Notes: generated by a model not told the origin, from the letters alone. A DNA stretch of 64,000 nucleotides from Octopus vulgaris (GCA_951406725.2 OX597826.1:2604001-2668000); one strand, 5' to 3'; counted from the first letter of the stretch, positions 1 to 14,727 are shown. Numbers and translations: made by a program.

Positions 1-279
1 GCCCATAATTTTTTTATGTCCTTGTATGTTGGATATATAATATATCGAAGCATTACTATTTCTATTACTATTACACGAGACTCAACACTGTATATCAAAT
101 GCTCAAACTGACTGCCTCCATCACAAACTGCCAATCATAACAGTTCTTTATTTTATAACAGGGAGTCAATCCACCTTTAGTCACTAGTGGAGGGGGCGAA
201 ACCTTCCACAACAAAGTTTTGAAAACAAAATCTTATATGGAGCCCTAATGGTCATATGGCCCCGGCTTGGAAATCATTA
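1..279. mobile_element. Possible right end of a non-autonomous hAT (Charlie/Buster-like) DNA transposon
   Basis: Ends TTGGAAATCATTA then GTCTAATA, resembling a degenerate TTGGGAACCACTG terminus plus nTCTAnan target; other end is outside the window. Confidence 0.3.
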
Positions 280-894
280 GTCTAATATATATTTTCTTTA
301 ACTAAGTTATATGAATATACTTTGATTATTAACTGCATAATTTACATTCAAATATCGGAGATAGAGCAGGTTTTTTAGAAGATCAGTTTGAATGATCTGC
401 GCTCTGAATTCTAAACTACACATGGGTCAGCATTTATGTTTTCCTCTTCGGAGTCAATAAATAAATGTGTTTTACACGTCTTTATTTTTTCTTCATCGAT
501 ATCTTTTCTCAGTGTTTTCTTCCGAAAGACTGAAGACAAACCATCAGTGATATCTGTCACCCAAAGTGATGGAATTTTCCGGGTTTAAGACGGTCAGGAC
601 AACAAGCAATATTAAAAAAACGGCTTCATCTATAATGAATAAAAAATCTGATGCTGCTGTTGCTGCTGCTGCTGTTGCTGCTGCTGCTGTTGCTGCTGCT
701 ACTGTTGCTGCTGATAGGGAACCTGTAAACCACAGTAACTCTGAACTAAGATTGAAAATATTCCTACAGAAAACATGACAAATATGTTTATAATTTGACT
801 AAATACGGTAACAGATATTTGGAGAAAAATATGTAGCATTTGTTGCTATTAAATCGGCTAAACAGATAGATAACTATCTAGATATCTAGCGAAT

Positions 895-1105
<211 letters not shown>

Positions 1106-1293
1106 GTCTAACAAACTTTCAAGCAACAACACACACACACACATACACACAAACACACACCTACAAATATCTATAAATATGAATGTGTGCTCCCACTTTT
1201 GCCCCAGGATTCTAATTATCAAGAAAAAGGAGCTCAAAATAAAGCAAATTTAATTCTAAGAACGTATATACTTTTCTCTCCGCACTCTTAAAA

Positions 1294-1512
1294 CATACAT
1301 GCATATACATATATATGTATATATATATATAAATATATATATATACATACATATACATATATATGTATATATATATACATATATATATACATATATATGT
1401 ATATATACACACACATATATATATACGCATATATATATATACACATATATATACACACACATATATATATATATATACACACACATATATATATATATAC
1501 ACACACACACGC

Positions 1513-1549
<37 letters not shown>

Positions 1550-1550
1550 T

Positions 1551-1589
<39 letters not shown>

Positions 1590-1618
1590 CATATATACAT
1601 ATATACATATATACATAC
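1294..1618. repeat. Compound (TA)n/(CA)n microsatellite, representative of dozens of similar tracts in the window
   Basis: Direct observation; source of the [12 protein letters not shown] ORFs. Confidence 0.98.
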
Positions 1619-2709
1619 TATGTAATACAGAAAATTGAACGCATTAAACTCTAAGAAAGCTCCACCTGCTGCGTATCCCTATGAAACTGTTGCATACGCA
1701 TGACTTTCAGGTTTTAGTGCAGTTGCAAGAGTACAGTTACAATTACTGCACCAAAATCGAACAATGTTTTCATCCAGTGGCGCACCGCCGACCAGCACCA
1801 ACATAGTCCCCACCACCACCACCACCAATAACAACGACACCCCCTCCACCACCACTGCCTGGAGTTAGAGAAGCAGCAGTATTGTCTTTATTATATCGAT
1901 AACCGCCATGATCAAACATCATCATCGATACCATGAAGAGAACATTGTTATTATAATTCATCACCGCCTTTATCGACTTCTAACTAACCTTATCACCATT
2001 TGTAATCTATATATATTCATTATTAGGAAATAAACGAAATGACAGCATCGAGAACAAGAACAACAACAGCAACAACAATATCAGATTGCTCGGGGCTTAG
2101 TATACATTCTATTTTCGTTGAGTTTTTTTTTTCCCATTCTTAGCATCCCGCTATTATGCTACCTGCTGTTAGGTCACCTGAGTTTAGAGAACTACATATG
2201 GTAGTGTTTGTGTCACATAATATAGAAGATAAGCATAATATTATTGTATATATTTGATAATTCACATCAGAATACACATAAATACCCATGATATTCACTC
2301 GGGCTATTATTTAGTAACATACACAAACAAATGAAATAGAAAAAAAAAAAGAAGGAACAATACTTCAAATAAAAATATCGGTACAAAATATGTTTTCTGT
2401 TCGCTGGCAGCCATTCCATTCTAATCATTTCTTGTGTGTCTCTTTTCATTCTCATATTACATTTTCTCTACCTTCCTTCTCTCCAGTCTATTTCGTCTTT
2501 TATTTTAAAATTATTTCCTCTGTAGACTACTTGCTTAATTATATTACGTCTGATTTGTCCCTTAGCTCAAACTATACGTTGCCATATATACAAACACACA
2601 TACTCACCTATCTATCTATCTACCTATCTATCTGTGTACATAAAGAAGTAATATACTATTTGTATATATATATATACATATGCAAGTTTTATATTATATT
2701 TTAATATAC

Positions 2710-2741
<32 letters not shown>

Positions 2742-3724
2742 ATGTATATGAGTATTTTATTATATGAGGGGTTTAGTTCACTGGAGGGCTAAAGGAATAG
2801 GTATGCTGTGTAAGTGCTATCGTTGGTCATCCGTTAGATTCCAAGTTCACAGCTGAAGCTGGAGCTAAGGATCCGTGGTAGGTTTCCGACTTAGCAGGGT
2901 TTATATTAGAAGAAAGAAGTCAACAAAAAACAAGGGAGGACGAGTATTTCAAATTGCGTAGAATATTTAATTAGAGTAAGGTGAATTTGAGGTAATTAAT
3001 TAATTAGTTGAATAATTAATGAATTACTTAATTACACTACAGGCTATTGATGCTGTATATGCGAATTGCAGAAAGGGAAAAAAAGACGAACTTCAAGAGT
3101 ATTTTTAGAGAATATTTACTAAATGTTATTTTGGAGGCACGTGGATATTTTGGCGAATAATCATGTCAGCCACTGTTGAACTGAAGACTATTATTTGTCT
3201 ACCTAGAATTTAAAGAGCAATACTTCTGATCAAATTAGTTTGTATACAAATGGAATTATAGATAAACAAAGGCAGGAAATATGCACCTTATACATAAACG
3301 TGAAACAATTAGTCGAAGAAAACTACATATCTACCTACGGGTGTTTTGCCGGGGTAAAGCCAAAATTCTGAACGTTTAATTGGATGCCAGGTTCTAAAAA
3401 GGTGCGCCGTTTTGAAAGGCCCCAAATCCTTATCTAAATAACATTTTATTCATAATAGTTTAAATCATTATTCCCTATAGAATTTTAAAGATTTCATCAG
3501 TTTCGCATAGCTCATAAATGTATCAAACAAATATATTGTATACCGGATTTCACATTTTACATGCAATATATGAATATATCATCCGATACTTCACAAATAT
3601 GAAATAGTGTATTAAACTTCACAAATAGTGAAATAGTGTATTAAAAAGAAATTCGACATATAATATGTTACAAAAATTGCAGATCTCTGTTTTAATTAAC
3701 ACGAATACATATTTTCATTCTCAA

Positions 3725-3852
3725 CAAACAAAACAAAAGACGAAGACGGGTGTGTAAACAACAAACATATTTATTAGTTTAACGCTCGGGAAGTGAGAAA
3801 GTCTTTTACGTTTCGAGCCTACGCTCTTTAACAGAAAGAAACACAGAAATAA
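3725..3852 (-). mobile_element. Solo 3' terminal (pLTR-like) fragment related to the Penelope-like element at 56511-59665
   Basis: Reverse complement aligns by eye with 59520-59650 (TCTTTCTGTT.AAGAGCGTAGGCTCGAAACGT.AAAGAC, later CTTCGTCTTTTGTTT). Confidence 0.8.
3802..3839 (-). ncRNA. Degenerate minimal hammerhead ribozyme fold
   Basis: UCUUU-CUGUUAA-A-GAGC(GUAG)GCUC-GAAA-CG-UA-AAAGA; stems I and II perfect, core mutated at positions 6 and 8. Confidence 0.6.
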
Positions 3853-3943
3853 ACAGATTTCGATCAAAGATATGTGGTGTATATAAGCTGACTCCCCCTA
3901 TCAAATCGATGTTGCCTGAAAAAATGTAAGGTGTATCGCGCGT

Positions 3944-4073
3944 TAGGTGTTGAAGTGGTCGCAGAGCAATGTGAAATGAATTGTTAAGCTCAAGACCACA
4001 TCGTTCCATCCAGTCTAGTATTGAAATTACGATCTCGCAACCTTGATTGCCAACACCCTAATCACTAAGCCAT
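3944..4073 (-). mobile_element. tRNA-derived SINE, family B, 5' fragment
   Basis: Minus strand ATGGCTTAGTGATTAGGGTGTT head plus TTGAGC...ATTTCACATTGCTC central domain. Confidence 0.75.
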
Positions 4074-4078
4074 GAAAA

Positions 4079-4190
<112 letters not shown>

Positions 4191-4308
4191 TGGGTGTGCG
4201 TGCGTGTGTGTGTGCCTGTGTGTGTGCGTGTGTATTATTGTGTCTGGGGAGAGTAATTCTCTTTTAGTGCCTTACTAATTAACATATCATTTCGATGATT
4301 TATTTTTT

Positions 4309-4344
4309 CCAAACTTTTCGTTGCTCTTGCAACGTCTTCAATGG
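4309..4344 (-). ncRNA. Degenerate minimal hammerhead ribozyme fold (separate repeat family)
   Basis: CCA-UUGAAGA-C-GUUGC(AAGA)GCAAC-GAAA-AG-UU-UGG; perfect 5-bp stem II, 3-bp stem I, C3U. Confidence 0.5.
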
Positions 4345-4375
4345 TCGTTAACTCTGTCCGTTATCGGAACTCCGT

Positions 4376-4475
<100 letters not shown>

Positions 4476-4738
4476 TTATAGAGGTTGTGTCGGAAAAGAG
4501 ACTATTGCATCATTTACCTCGAGAAAAACTATCATCAGGGATCATGATGTAAAAGCACTCGAAAGTACATCTCTGACAGATTCGATTCGTCTGCAACGGC
4601 ATCCTCCAGGGTTAAATTGGAGTGCAAGATTACCGTTTAGCACTAATGCTGTTGCTGTCGCTATTAATCATTTTTATACATGACACACATATATATGTAT
4701 ACATATATATATATATATATAAATATATATATGCGTGT

Positions 4739-4800
<62 letters not shown>

Positions 4801-6440
4801 GTATATATATTTGTACGTATATACATATACATATATTATATACGAACAAGATATATATGCGTGTGTGTATCTGTGTGTCCGTGTGAAGATTGAACTATCA
4901 GACAAAAAATGAAATTATCTTCAACGTACATGACGACAGACAACTTTCACTTTTTATTTTATGACATTGTAAAAGTGAACTTTACTCTGCAGAGGTAAGA
5001 AGACAAAATCAGCAATTAGTTTTAAGGGCTATATCCCTGTTAAATAGACAAAAGACACGATAGGAAATGAACCACCGATTCATCAATTGGTTTTCTGGCG
5101 AGAATACTACAAAATGATCAATCTATATGATTTCGTCTAATTTTGAAACTACTGAAATTTACATGGAGAGATACGCCTTTACCAGACCGATAAATGAAAT
5201 TCTACCATCATGACGACGTCCATTAAAACCAAACAAAAAATACGTGTAAAACAGCGGTGGGAAAGAAATCCTCGGTAGAAATAAACACTGTAATCATTCA
5301 CCAGACATTTGCTAGATTAAAAAGTGGTGTATTTGTTGAAATAGGCGCGGCAATAGTGTCAATGTTGTTATAATGCACTGCAGCTTCAAACATGATGGAT
5401 CACATACCGAGAAAGCAAATTTCACGACGCGTAACGAACAAATAATAAAGACAATATATTATCAGTTATTTTTGTTTTCATAGACATGGATCGTAATATA
5501 ATATGGTGACATGAAAAAATAATACGAAATAACAAAAGTTCATAAATACACACACTAATTGAAATATTTTGTGTATATGCTTCTATATATATATATAGAC
5601 ATACATGCATATTGTTATTTTATATGTGTAATCTTGAATAATTAATGCAATTGCTTCGTAATTTTCACGTAAAAAACTTGAATATAGACACGCGTATACC
5701 TGTTTATTTAAAGTTAGTGTTTTTTGGCACTTTTGAGTATAAAAGTAAATATGTACTGGTGTTCAAATCTAAATGCACTATCATATTTAACATATAATCT
5801 AACACATACTTACATACATACATTCATACGCACATGTATGCATGTAAGTATGTATACATACATTATTGTAAATGGCGCAATATTGCATAAATAATACAAA
5901 ATTCAGTTTTAGTAAGACTGTAAATGAGTCCGATGTCTAAATCCCCCTGTTTTTCTCTCTCTCTTTACCTATCTATCTAGCTATCTATCTATCCATGTGG
6001 ATGCACATGGAATAGATGTTACACTCATGATCGTAAAATTGTGGTTTAGATTCCTGCACTGGGCAATGAGTTGTGGTGTCGAGCAAAGCATATTCCTTCA
6101 CGTTGCTCCAATGTCTTCAGATTGCAAGAACAAGTGATCCTGCTATAATGTTTTAAAATTTTTCCACTTTGTTTTATGATTGGCAAATTTGCGTTGGTCA
6201 AAACTGTATTCCAAAAATTCAGCTTGAAAAGGTACTATAGTTGTCCAGAAATCAAGTGTCATTTAAATACATTTTGAGATATGATGATTACTACGGATGT
6301 ATGAATGCGTTAATTGAACGTTAAGAACATTACAAAATATTTTTTGATTTTAAAATATCATAATAAAAAACATGAAAACGAGACCATGTTTTAATTTTAT
6401 TCAACTGATATATTATTCTATAAACATTCACACAATTTCG

Positions 6441-6505
<65 letters not shown>

Positions 6506-6957
6506 GTGTATGTATGTATGTATGTATGTATGTATGTATGTATGTATGTATGTATGTATGTATCACAGAAATTCACACACGAATTGCGGCCTAATGTGAT
6601 GACGCAATTAGGAAAATCATAATTCACCACCTGGTCACAAGGGCAACTGCAAGTATAGGAAATATTCCCAATGAAATACGGCAAAGCACGTCATTGTTTC
6701 CTTAATAAAATGAGAGGAACCGATTCCTGGCAAAAACAGTAATTAAAACCGCAGAGCCTCTGGAAGAAAACAATATCAATAAAACAAAACAAAAGAAAAA
6801 AGAAATAAAAAAGAAGTAATCTAATGCATATAGTCTCTTCGTGCAATATATTATAATTCAACAATACGGAAGTACTTACTAACAGTGTAACATCCGCCGC
6901 TTTTTCATGTTTTAATACATACATGAAACTTTCAGAAACATGCAATAAATTGGTAGG

Positions 6958-7000
<43 letters not shown>

Positions 7001-7002
7001 CT

Positions 7003-7046
7003 ACACCACCTATTTTCGTCTTTTGTTTTTTTGTGAACTTCCCCCA
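7003..7046 (+). mobile_element. Short remnant of the same Penelope-like terminal repeat
   Basis: CCACCTATTTTCGTCTTTTGTTT...AACTTCCC resembles 59623-59664; lies between (TA)n tracts. Confidence 0.5.
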
Positions 7047-7465
7047 TGTATATTAATATATATATATATTATTTAAAATATATATATATAAGGATAAGAT
7101 CCTTAATTTAAAAACAAAATAACGATTTTATCAAGTGGTCTGCATGGAGAAAATAACCTTCAAAGGCAATAATTATTAAATTATAAATTAGGGTATCTAC
7201 GAGTTACCGACATGCTGAAAATAGCAGCCATGATCTGACTCTAAAACCACCTTAATTGTCCATATATCAACACGGAGAGAAAAAGGAAGAGACAAAATGA
7301 AACTAGTAAAACATTACTGGATAATTCTAGATCCCGGATTTCTGACTTTGCATTTAGGAATTCTTTGCCTCGTCAGTAGAATACATGCAGAAGAGAAACA
7401 TAAATACACACATATATATATAAGCACAACATACGAATACCTACATAGAGGAACTTATAACCATA

Positions 7466-7513
<48 letters not shown>

Positions 7514-7948
7514 TATATGTAAAATGTTTCTTAAGGATAAGTTTCTGAGTGTATTTCGAACAAGTAATCTCAGTTTCCAACAATTGGCAGTAGAAGTTTG
7601 TTATATCTGACTTGAGTCGAAAATTCCAGTATCGTGTTCCTCTTCTTAGCGTAACACGAAACATACATACGTACATACACACTTAAATCCACCCACTTCT
7701 CGCACACACTCGTACATACCCGAATAATTAGTGCACGTGATTTTGTAAGTAAATGGGTAACTATCAGTCTGGGTTAGGTTGGATTTTCAGAAAAAGAAAT
7801 CAACCGGTTCGCACATCATAAATGCAAACTGTAAGCAGAAGAGTAAAACTGTGAAAGACGGGTTTTAATCGTAACGCTGTCTTCGTTATCTAAACTCCAA
7901 AAATGTATGTTTGTATCTTTGCAATATATATATTATATATATTTATAT

Positions 7949-8238
7949 GGAGTGGCTGTGTGGTAAGTAGCTTGCTAACCAACCACATGGGCAAGTGTCT
8001 TCTGCTATAGCCCCAGGCCGACTAATGCCTTGTGAGTGGATTTGGTAGACGGAAACTGAAAGAAGCCTGTCGTATATATGTATATATATGTATGTGTGTG
8101 TGCGTTTGTGTGTCTGCGTTTGTCGCCTCCCCCAACATCGCTTGACAACCGATGCTAGTGTGTTTCCGTCCCCGTCACTTAGCGGTGCTCCAGCATGGCC
8201 GCAGTCAAATGACTGAAACCATTAAACGAGTAAAAGAG
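7949..8238 (+). mobile_element. tRNA-derived SINE, family A (CORE-like GGGCAAGT segment), internally deleted
   Basis: GGAGTGGCTGTGTGGTAAG head, GTAAAAGAG tail; shared with 43034 and 61792 copies. Confidence 0.9.
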
Positions 8239-8247
8239 ATATATGAA

Positions 8248-8298
<51 letters not shown>

Positions 8299-8619
8299 AG
8301 ATACATAAATAGATATGAATATATATAAATATGAATGCATATATACGTGTGTACGTGTGTGTGTATATATATATAGAAACATATATATTCATATAAATAA
8401 ATAAATGAATGAATAAATGTGTATGAGTGAATATATATAAATATATGTATGTGTCTGAGTATATATATATATGTGCGTGTGTGTGTGAATATAGATACTT
8501 GGATATATATATATATATACATACCTACATAAATATATATATATATATATATGTATACATACAGAAATATATATATGTATACATACATAAATATATATAT
8601 ATGTTTACATTCATATATA

Positions 8620-8652
<33 letters not shown>

Positions 8653-9189
8653 ATTGCAGGCGCGCTGGTGTGTGTGTGAGTGTGTACGAACATTACGTAG
8701 AACTGTTTGTAAAACAGATAGCTTGATCAATATCAGATATTTGTGTGGTACAGAAAGTCTCTAAATCTCTCGGCAATTTCCCAGTGCATCATATTACACA
8801 TATCTGCGAATTATACATTAGTTGTAATGGTGTTGTTAACAGAGGCAATGCAGTGCAAAACTGTTAGTTCAAAAACACAAGGAAACACATTAGTAACATT
8901 CTGAAGAAGCAGTTTGGAATATATAATGGCAAATGCCCACTTTGTTTCACTAAATATTACTGCTGTATTTTTCTGATATTTATCTTGTTCTGGAGAGTTC
9001 TAAAAAATAAGAAAAAGAGAAGGGCAGATGAAAGTATAATAATAAATATCTACATATGCACAAGGTGAAATGTATGCCAGTACAAGGAGTAGGAGTGGGA
9101 AGAAATAACTATTGCAAGTTATTTTGTTTAATAGTCTCAAAATTCTGATTATCTAGCGTCTTTGAGCAGAAGTAAAATTATAATGTTGA

Positions 9190-9481
9190 CTAGCTATTTG
9201 GACCCGTGCTTCGCTCGGGTTTTGGCGGTGTTGTTGTTTTGTGCGTGTTGTTTCCTTTTCCCTTCCTTCTTTTGTTCGTCTTCTCACCATGGCAACCAAA
9301 CGGTAGGCTCGAGCGACTTGCAACCCTCCTCACACCATTGACCACCCCATTTTACCTCCAGTGTAAATTCTGGCGCCAATCCGACCCCGTCTTCCGCCCC
9401 TTAAACCGTTCCCATCCCAAAATGAGACAAACAGCGAAGAAACGAAACAACGTTTTCGCATTTCAGTTTTATAGATATTGA
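9190..9481 (-). mobile_element. Non-autonomous Helitron
   Basis: Minus strand begins A|TC..TCTATAAAA (5' end at 9481 or 9475); ends with hairpin ACCCG..CGGGT (9202-9220) 8 nt before CTAG|T; no TSD. Confidence 0.75.
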
Positions 9482-9517
9482 TGATAGCAACAACAGTAAT
9501 AATAATAATAACCCTCC

Positions 9518-9677
9518 CTATTATTGGCACAAGGCCTGAAATTTTTTGGGGAAGAAGGCTAGTCGGTTATATTGACCCCACTGTTTCACTGGTACTTAAG
9601 TTATCGACGCCGAAAGGATGAAAAGCAGAGTGGACCTCTGCAGAAAGTCCACTCAGAACAGAGCTATGGACGAAATA
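9518..9677 (-). mobile_element. SINE family C (Nin/Deu-domain-like) fragment
   Basis: Minus strand CTTTTCATCCTTTCGGCGTCGATAACTTAAGTACCAG matches 14328 copy. Confidence 0.8.
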
Positions 9678-9689
9678 CAGCTAATCTCT

Positions 9690-9859
9690 TACCCCTGCTC
9701 TTCAATCTATAAGGCCATACTTTTAGTCGTAGGACTTCGCTTGGGAGAGTGGTGCTCCTCACGCGGCCGATATGTGCTGGCTGCTCTGGAGTTGGAAGCA
9801 AAAAACACCTATTTACATTTGGCTAAACAAAGAATATTGTTTACCAAGAGGTTTTGTAG
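9690..9859 (+). pseudogene. Frameshifted C-terminus of a Helitron RepHel (PIF1-family) helicase
   Basis: Across frames: SIYKA..LLVVGLRLGEWCSSRGRYV / GCSGVGSKN / TKNIVYQEVL-stop, matching SINKAQGQTL..GL.L...FSHGQLYV..SRV and TKNIVY.EVL*. Confidence 0.75.
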
Positions 9860-10230
9860 GAATTACTACATCCTACAATGTGCTCCAGTATACACTGCTG
9901 CTCTTTGTGAATGGCAAAGGTGGATACCATTTCGGCATAATACCAAGAAGCCAGAAGACTGCACCAACAAAGCAGTTTCCTTCATGAACTTCAGTATCAA
10001 AGCAGATTCCCAAATTACTTCCACTAACCACGTCGTAAGCCATTACGGTTTATTTTTTCAAGCAATTCATGACTAAATATTCTCATCTGACTGCACATTT
10101 TCGTGTTTCATTATTTACAATTCTACAATAATAGAATATGATATATTTATTGTGATAAAACTAGTACTTTTATGCATTGCACAATCATTAGATTTGATAG
10201 CCAAAGTTATCAATTGTGGAACATGATTGT

Positions 10231-10242
10231 ACTACTACTACA

Positions 10243-10331
<89 letters not shown>
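10231..10331. repeat. (CTA)n microsatellite
   Basis: Direct observation. Confidence 0.98.
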
Positions 10332-10410
10332 ATAAACCTGATGATTGCGTAACGCATGAAAGTACTAGTTTTATCACAATACATATATATATATTATAGT
10401 AGAATATATA

Positions 10411-10446
<36 letters not shown>

Positions 10447-10488
10447 CGTGTGTGTGTGTGTATATATATATGTGTATATAATACATAT

Positions 10489-10802
10489 GAAGACGCATGG
10501 CTCAGTGCTTAGAGCGTCCAGCTTACGATCATGAGGTTGGGAATTCGAATCCCGGACAGGGCTGCGTGTTTTGTTCTTGAGCAAGACACTTTCTTTCACG
10601 TTGCTCCAGTTCACTCAGCTGTAGAAATGAGTTGCGACGTCACTGGTGCCAAGCTGTATCGGCCTTTGCCTTTCCCTCGTATAACACTGGTGACGTGGAA
10701 AGGTGAGGCCGGTATGTGTGGGTGACTGGCTGCCCGGACTTCTGCCTGAAAGGGTAACTTTCAATGTGCAATTCTATGGTCAGTCATGCCCGAAGGGTGT
10801 CT
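10489..10802 (+). mobile_element. tRNA-derived SINE family B (tail type 1)
   Basis: A box TGGCTCAGTGC, B box-like ATTCGAATCC, central TTGAGCAAGACACTT..CACGTTGCTCCAG; tail shared with 16345 copy. Confidence 0.9.
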
Positions 10803-11530
10803 CGACAGGCGTCTTTCAGTTTCCGCCTACCGAATCGACAAACAAGGCTTTTAGCGTAAGAAAAAAAAATACAGATACTCAGTTAGAGTGAAAAATGATT
10901 TCATCTTTCTGAAAATTTTGCCTCTGCCTTAGTAACGAGTCGCCCTAAATTAAGAACCCATGCTTTGTTTCACATTTACAAGAATCGCCTTTCATCCGGG
11001 GTTCAATACTGCTCCTTATTCGCAACGACCACAATAGTAACATTTTAAACAAAATTATATTTTCTGATCGGCATGAAGTGAGATATTTATTAGATAAAGG
11101 GCAAAGCGGTGTCGTGATATTTATACATTTCCTTATTATTACCGAGAAGGTATCAAACGTGAAATGAAACCGTTTTGCAGAATCGATTCAGTGTAAATCA
11201 TTTTATTTCATTAGGACGATCTCGAAAATACACCAAGGACATTCAAAATAATTAAAGTAATAAACAGCCAGCCAAGAAAAAGCAAATAGCTTCGATATTG
11301 TAAATCCTACCAACAACGAATGGCCATATTTATCAAATATTTAAAAAGAAACCTCAAAACTATGAGGTTGCTAGGCAGAAACAGTAAATATTTTAATTTA
11401 GACGTTTAAGGATATAAATTGATTGTTTGACTAGTGTTTGGTGGGGATGGCCATGGCGGTACGTAAATATTTACACAGATTTTTATTATTCTTTTTTGAG
11501 ACAAAATATTCAACAGTAACTAGAATCGAG

Positions 11531-11608
<78 letters not shown>

Positions 11609-12035
11609 CGTACATACACATATACATGCATATATATATATATCATATTTTAGTGTGTATGTATGGCTATAATTGTGGCGTATGTATACAAAGGCTCATA
11701 CGCATATACATATACATGCATTTACATACTGGCGCAGGCAGTGCTTGTATTTAAGTTCTTAAATTGTAACCAGGTGGTTTTAGGTTCATTCTCAGGTGAC
11801 GTCTGCTAAAATCTCTGCTTACCAAATGATTGTAGTTCAATAGATACACGAAACCTGTGAAGAAGATCGATAAATACGCATATACACATAAACGCGCTCA
11901 CACATACGGACGTACAAAAGCATGAATATCCATAGGATGAATTCTTAGACAGATGTGTTAGCGTGTGCTCTTTCGTTTCAGTACCTCACCACATGGTAAT
12001 TAATTTTGAGGAGTTTTTCCGACAAATATATATTA

Positions 12036-12360
12036 GGCGCGGGCATGGCTGTATGATAAAAAATCTTGCTTCTTAAGTACGTAGTTCCGAGATCAGTCAC
12101 AACTTGCGTAATTGTATTCTACTATAGCGCCGGGCCGATCGAAAACTTGTGAGTAGATTTCATAGACTGAACCTGAAGGAAGTCTGCCATTGATGTACGA
12201 GTAGTTGTGTGGTAAGTAGCTTGCTTACCAACCGCATGGTTCCGGGTTTATTCCCACCGCGTGGCACCTTGACCAAGTGTCTTCTATTATAGCCTCGGGG
12301 CGACCAAATCTTTGTCAGTGGATTTGGTAGACGGAAACTGAAACAAGCCCGTCGTATATA
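12036..12360 (+). mobile_element. Two tandem family A SINE heads (12036-12190 old, 12199-12360 younger)
   Basis: Both align to family A 5' half. Confidence 0.85.
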
Positions 12361-12586
12361 TTACTCTTTTACTCTTTTACTCGTTTCAGTCATTTGACTG
12401 TGGCCATGCTGGAGCACCGCCTTTAGTCGAGCAAATCGACCCCAGGACTTATTCTTTGTAAGCCTAGTACTTATTCTATCGGTGTCTTTTGCCGAAGCGC
12501 TAAGTAACGGGGACGTAAACATACATGCATCGGTTGCCAAGAGATGTTGGGGGGGACAAACACAGACACACACACACACTCACACA

Positions 12587-12665
<79 letters not shown>

Positions 12666-12875
12666 CAGGCTTCTTTCAGTTTCCGTCTACCAAATTATCA
12701 AATCCACTCAGAAGGATTTCTCTCGCTGTCTTTACTCTTTTACTTGTTTCAACCATTTGACTGCGGCCATGCTGGAGCACCACCTTTTAGTCGAGCAAAT
12801 CGACCCCAGGACTTATTCTTTCGAAGCCTAGTACATATTCTATCGGTCTTTGGCCGAACCGCTAAGTTACGGGGA
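12361..12875 (-). mobile_element. Family A SINE bodies/tails, inverted (12361-12715 and 12731-12875)
   Basis: TTACTCTTTTAC tail and CATTTGACTG.GGCCATGCTGGAGCACC in both. Confidence 0.9.
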
Positions 12876-13473
12876 AGGTTATTGACATTTGTATAATTAT
12901 ATATTGTCATTAAAATTGATATTTCATGACAAATAACCAGTATTTGCAATAGAATGCTTGTATATTGAAAATGGAAACCGAAAACATTTTAGAAAAGTTT
13001 TTACCTTGATTGGTCTACATACAATGATGGCAGGAAAAAAAAGGAATGATAATGCAGAAGTGGAGAAGGTTTTCTTGTGGATACCATCTACATACTCATC
13101 TATTGCCATACGATTTAATATACGCCATTGAATCGATTTCTCTGACAACAACTAGCTTTGAATGGGTCGTTTCCTTGTAAAAGATAGCCGTTCAGTAAAT
13201 TTCAACGTGCCATATTTTCGAGTGATTAACACGCTTTAACGATTGAGAAACTATTTATCTAGAGTTTGAAGTGTAGTAACTACCACTGCCTGATCAATCT
13301 CACGTAAATTTTATGTGGGTAGAACTTCGATTAAAATGCAGTGAGTCACGAACTGCGCTTCGATAAATGGAAGAAATACTCTCCTTGTTCGCAGGGAAGT
13401 TGATTTTCGCTTTTAAACCTAATGGTATGTATTTAAATATGTATACTTCTAAGTATGCATGTCTATATGCCTG

Positions 13474-13546
<73 letters not shown>

Positions 13547-14327
13547 CGTTATTAAAGTAAAAGTATGACCGCATGAATGTATATAAAAATATGTGTGTGC
13601 ATTTGTGAACGTACATATGTGTGTATTTACGTATATGTGAATACGTGTCTCTGCGTACAAACATAAGTAATATACATATGTCTTCATACACATACCCACA
13701 TGTATATAATTATCTACGTAAACATATGCGTATATAAATGCACAACTGTCGACATATAAGCAGTACATACGTGTATATGTGTTTGTATACAACCATAGAT
13801 ACATAAATACATACATACATACCTGTATACATAAATACATACATACATACATACAATGCACATATATATTTATAGTACTTAATTTTAAATTACGTGGAAA
13901 ATTATTGATTACCTACCCTTTTAGGGCAATTATAATTAAAAAATTAATTAAACTCTGATAACTAAAATGTCCTTTCAGCGGGCGGAAATATTCACATTCT
14001 GATTGGACTATTAGTATAATATAATTACTTGAACGTTTGCGTGTTATTTTTGGACAGATCTGTTAATTAATCTGGACGGTGACCCATTTTATAAACAGTA
14101 TTCTCGCGATAAACAGTGTAAATTACTTTATATCGTCGATTTAGCCATAGTATATATAATATAGAGTTATATGCAGTAATGGAAAATACATTTATGCTAT
14201 GAAAGGATATATTTGGATTATAGATGGATGTTAAATACGATTAGAATACAGCGTATGAAAATACTTCCATTTCCAAATATGTAACCTTCACTTTGTTTTT
14301 TATTTTCTTCATGTATACTAGCTTGTT

Positions 14328-14727
14328 AAGGCGACGAGCTGGCGGAGATGTTAGCACGCCGCGCAAAATGCTTAGCCGTATTTCGTGTGCCGCTACGTTC
14401 TCAGTTCAAATTCCGCCGAGATCTACTTTGCCTTTCATCCTTTCGAGGTCGATAAATTATGTACCAGTTACGCACTCGGGCCGATATAATCGACTTAATC
14501 CGTTTGTCTGTCCTTGTTTGTCCTCTCTGTTGTTTAGCCCCTTGTGGGTAGTAAAGAAATAGGTATTTCGTCTGTCTTTACGTCCTGAGTTAAAATTCCG
14601 CCAAGGTCGACTTTACCTTGTATCCTTTCGCGGTCGATAAATTAAGTATCATTTTTGTACTGGGGTCGATCTAGTCCACTGGCCTCCTCCCCCAAATTTC
14701 GGTCTTTGAGCATAGCATAGAAAAGAA
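14328..14727 (+). mobile_element. SINE family C (Nin/Deu-domain-like), tandem 1.5-mer
   Basis: AAGGCGACGAGCTGGCGGA head, GTTCAAATTCC B box, CTTTGCCTTTCATCCTTTCGAGGTCGATAAATT domain present twice. Confidence 0.9.
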
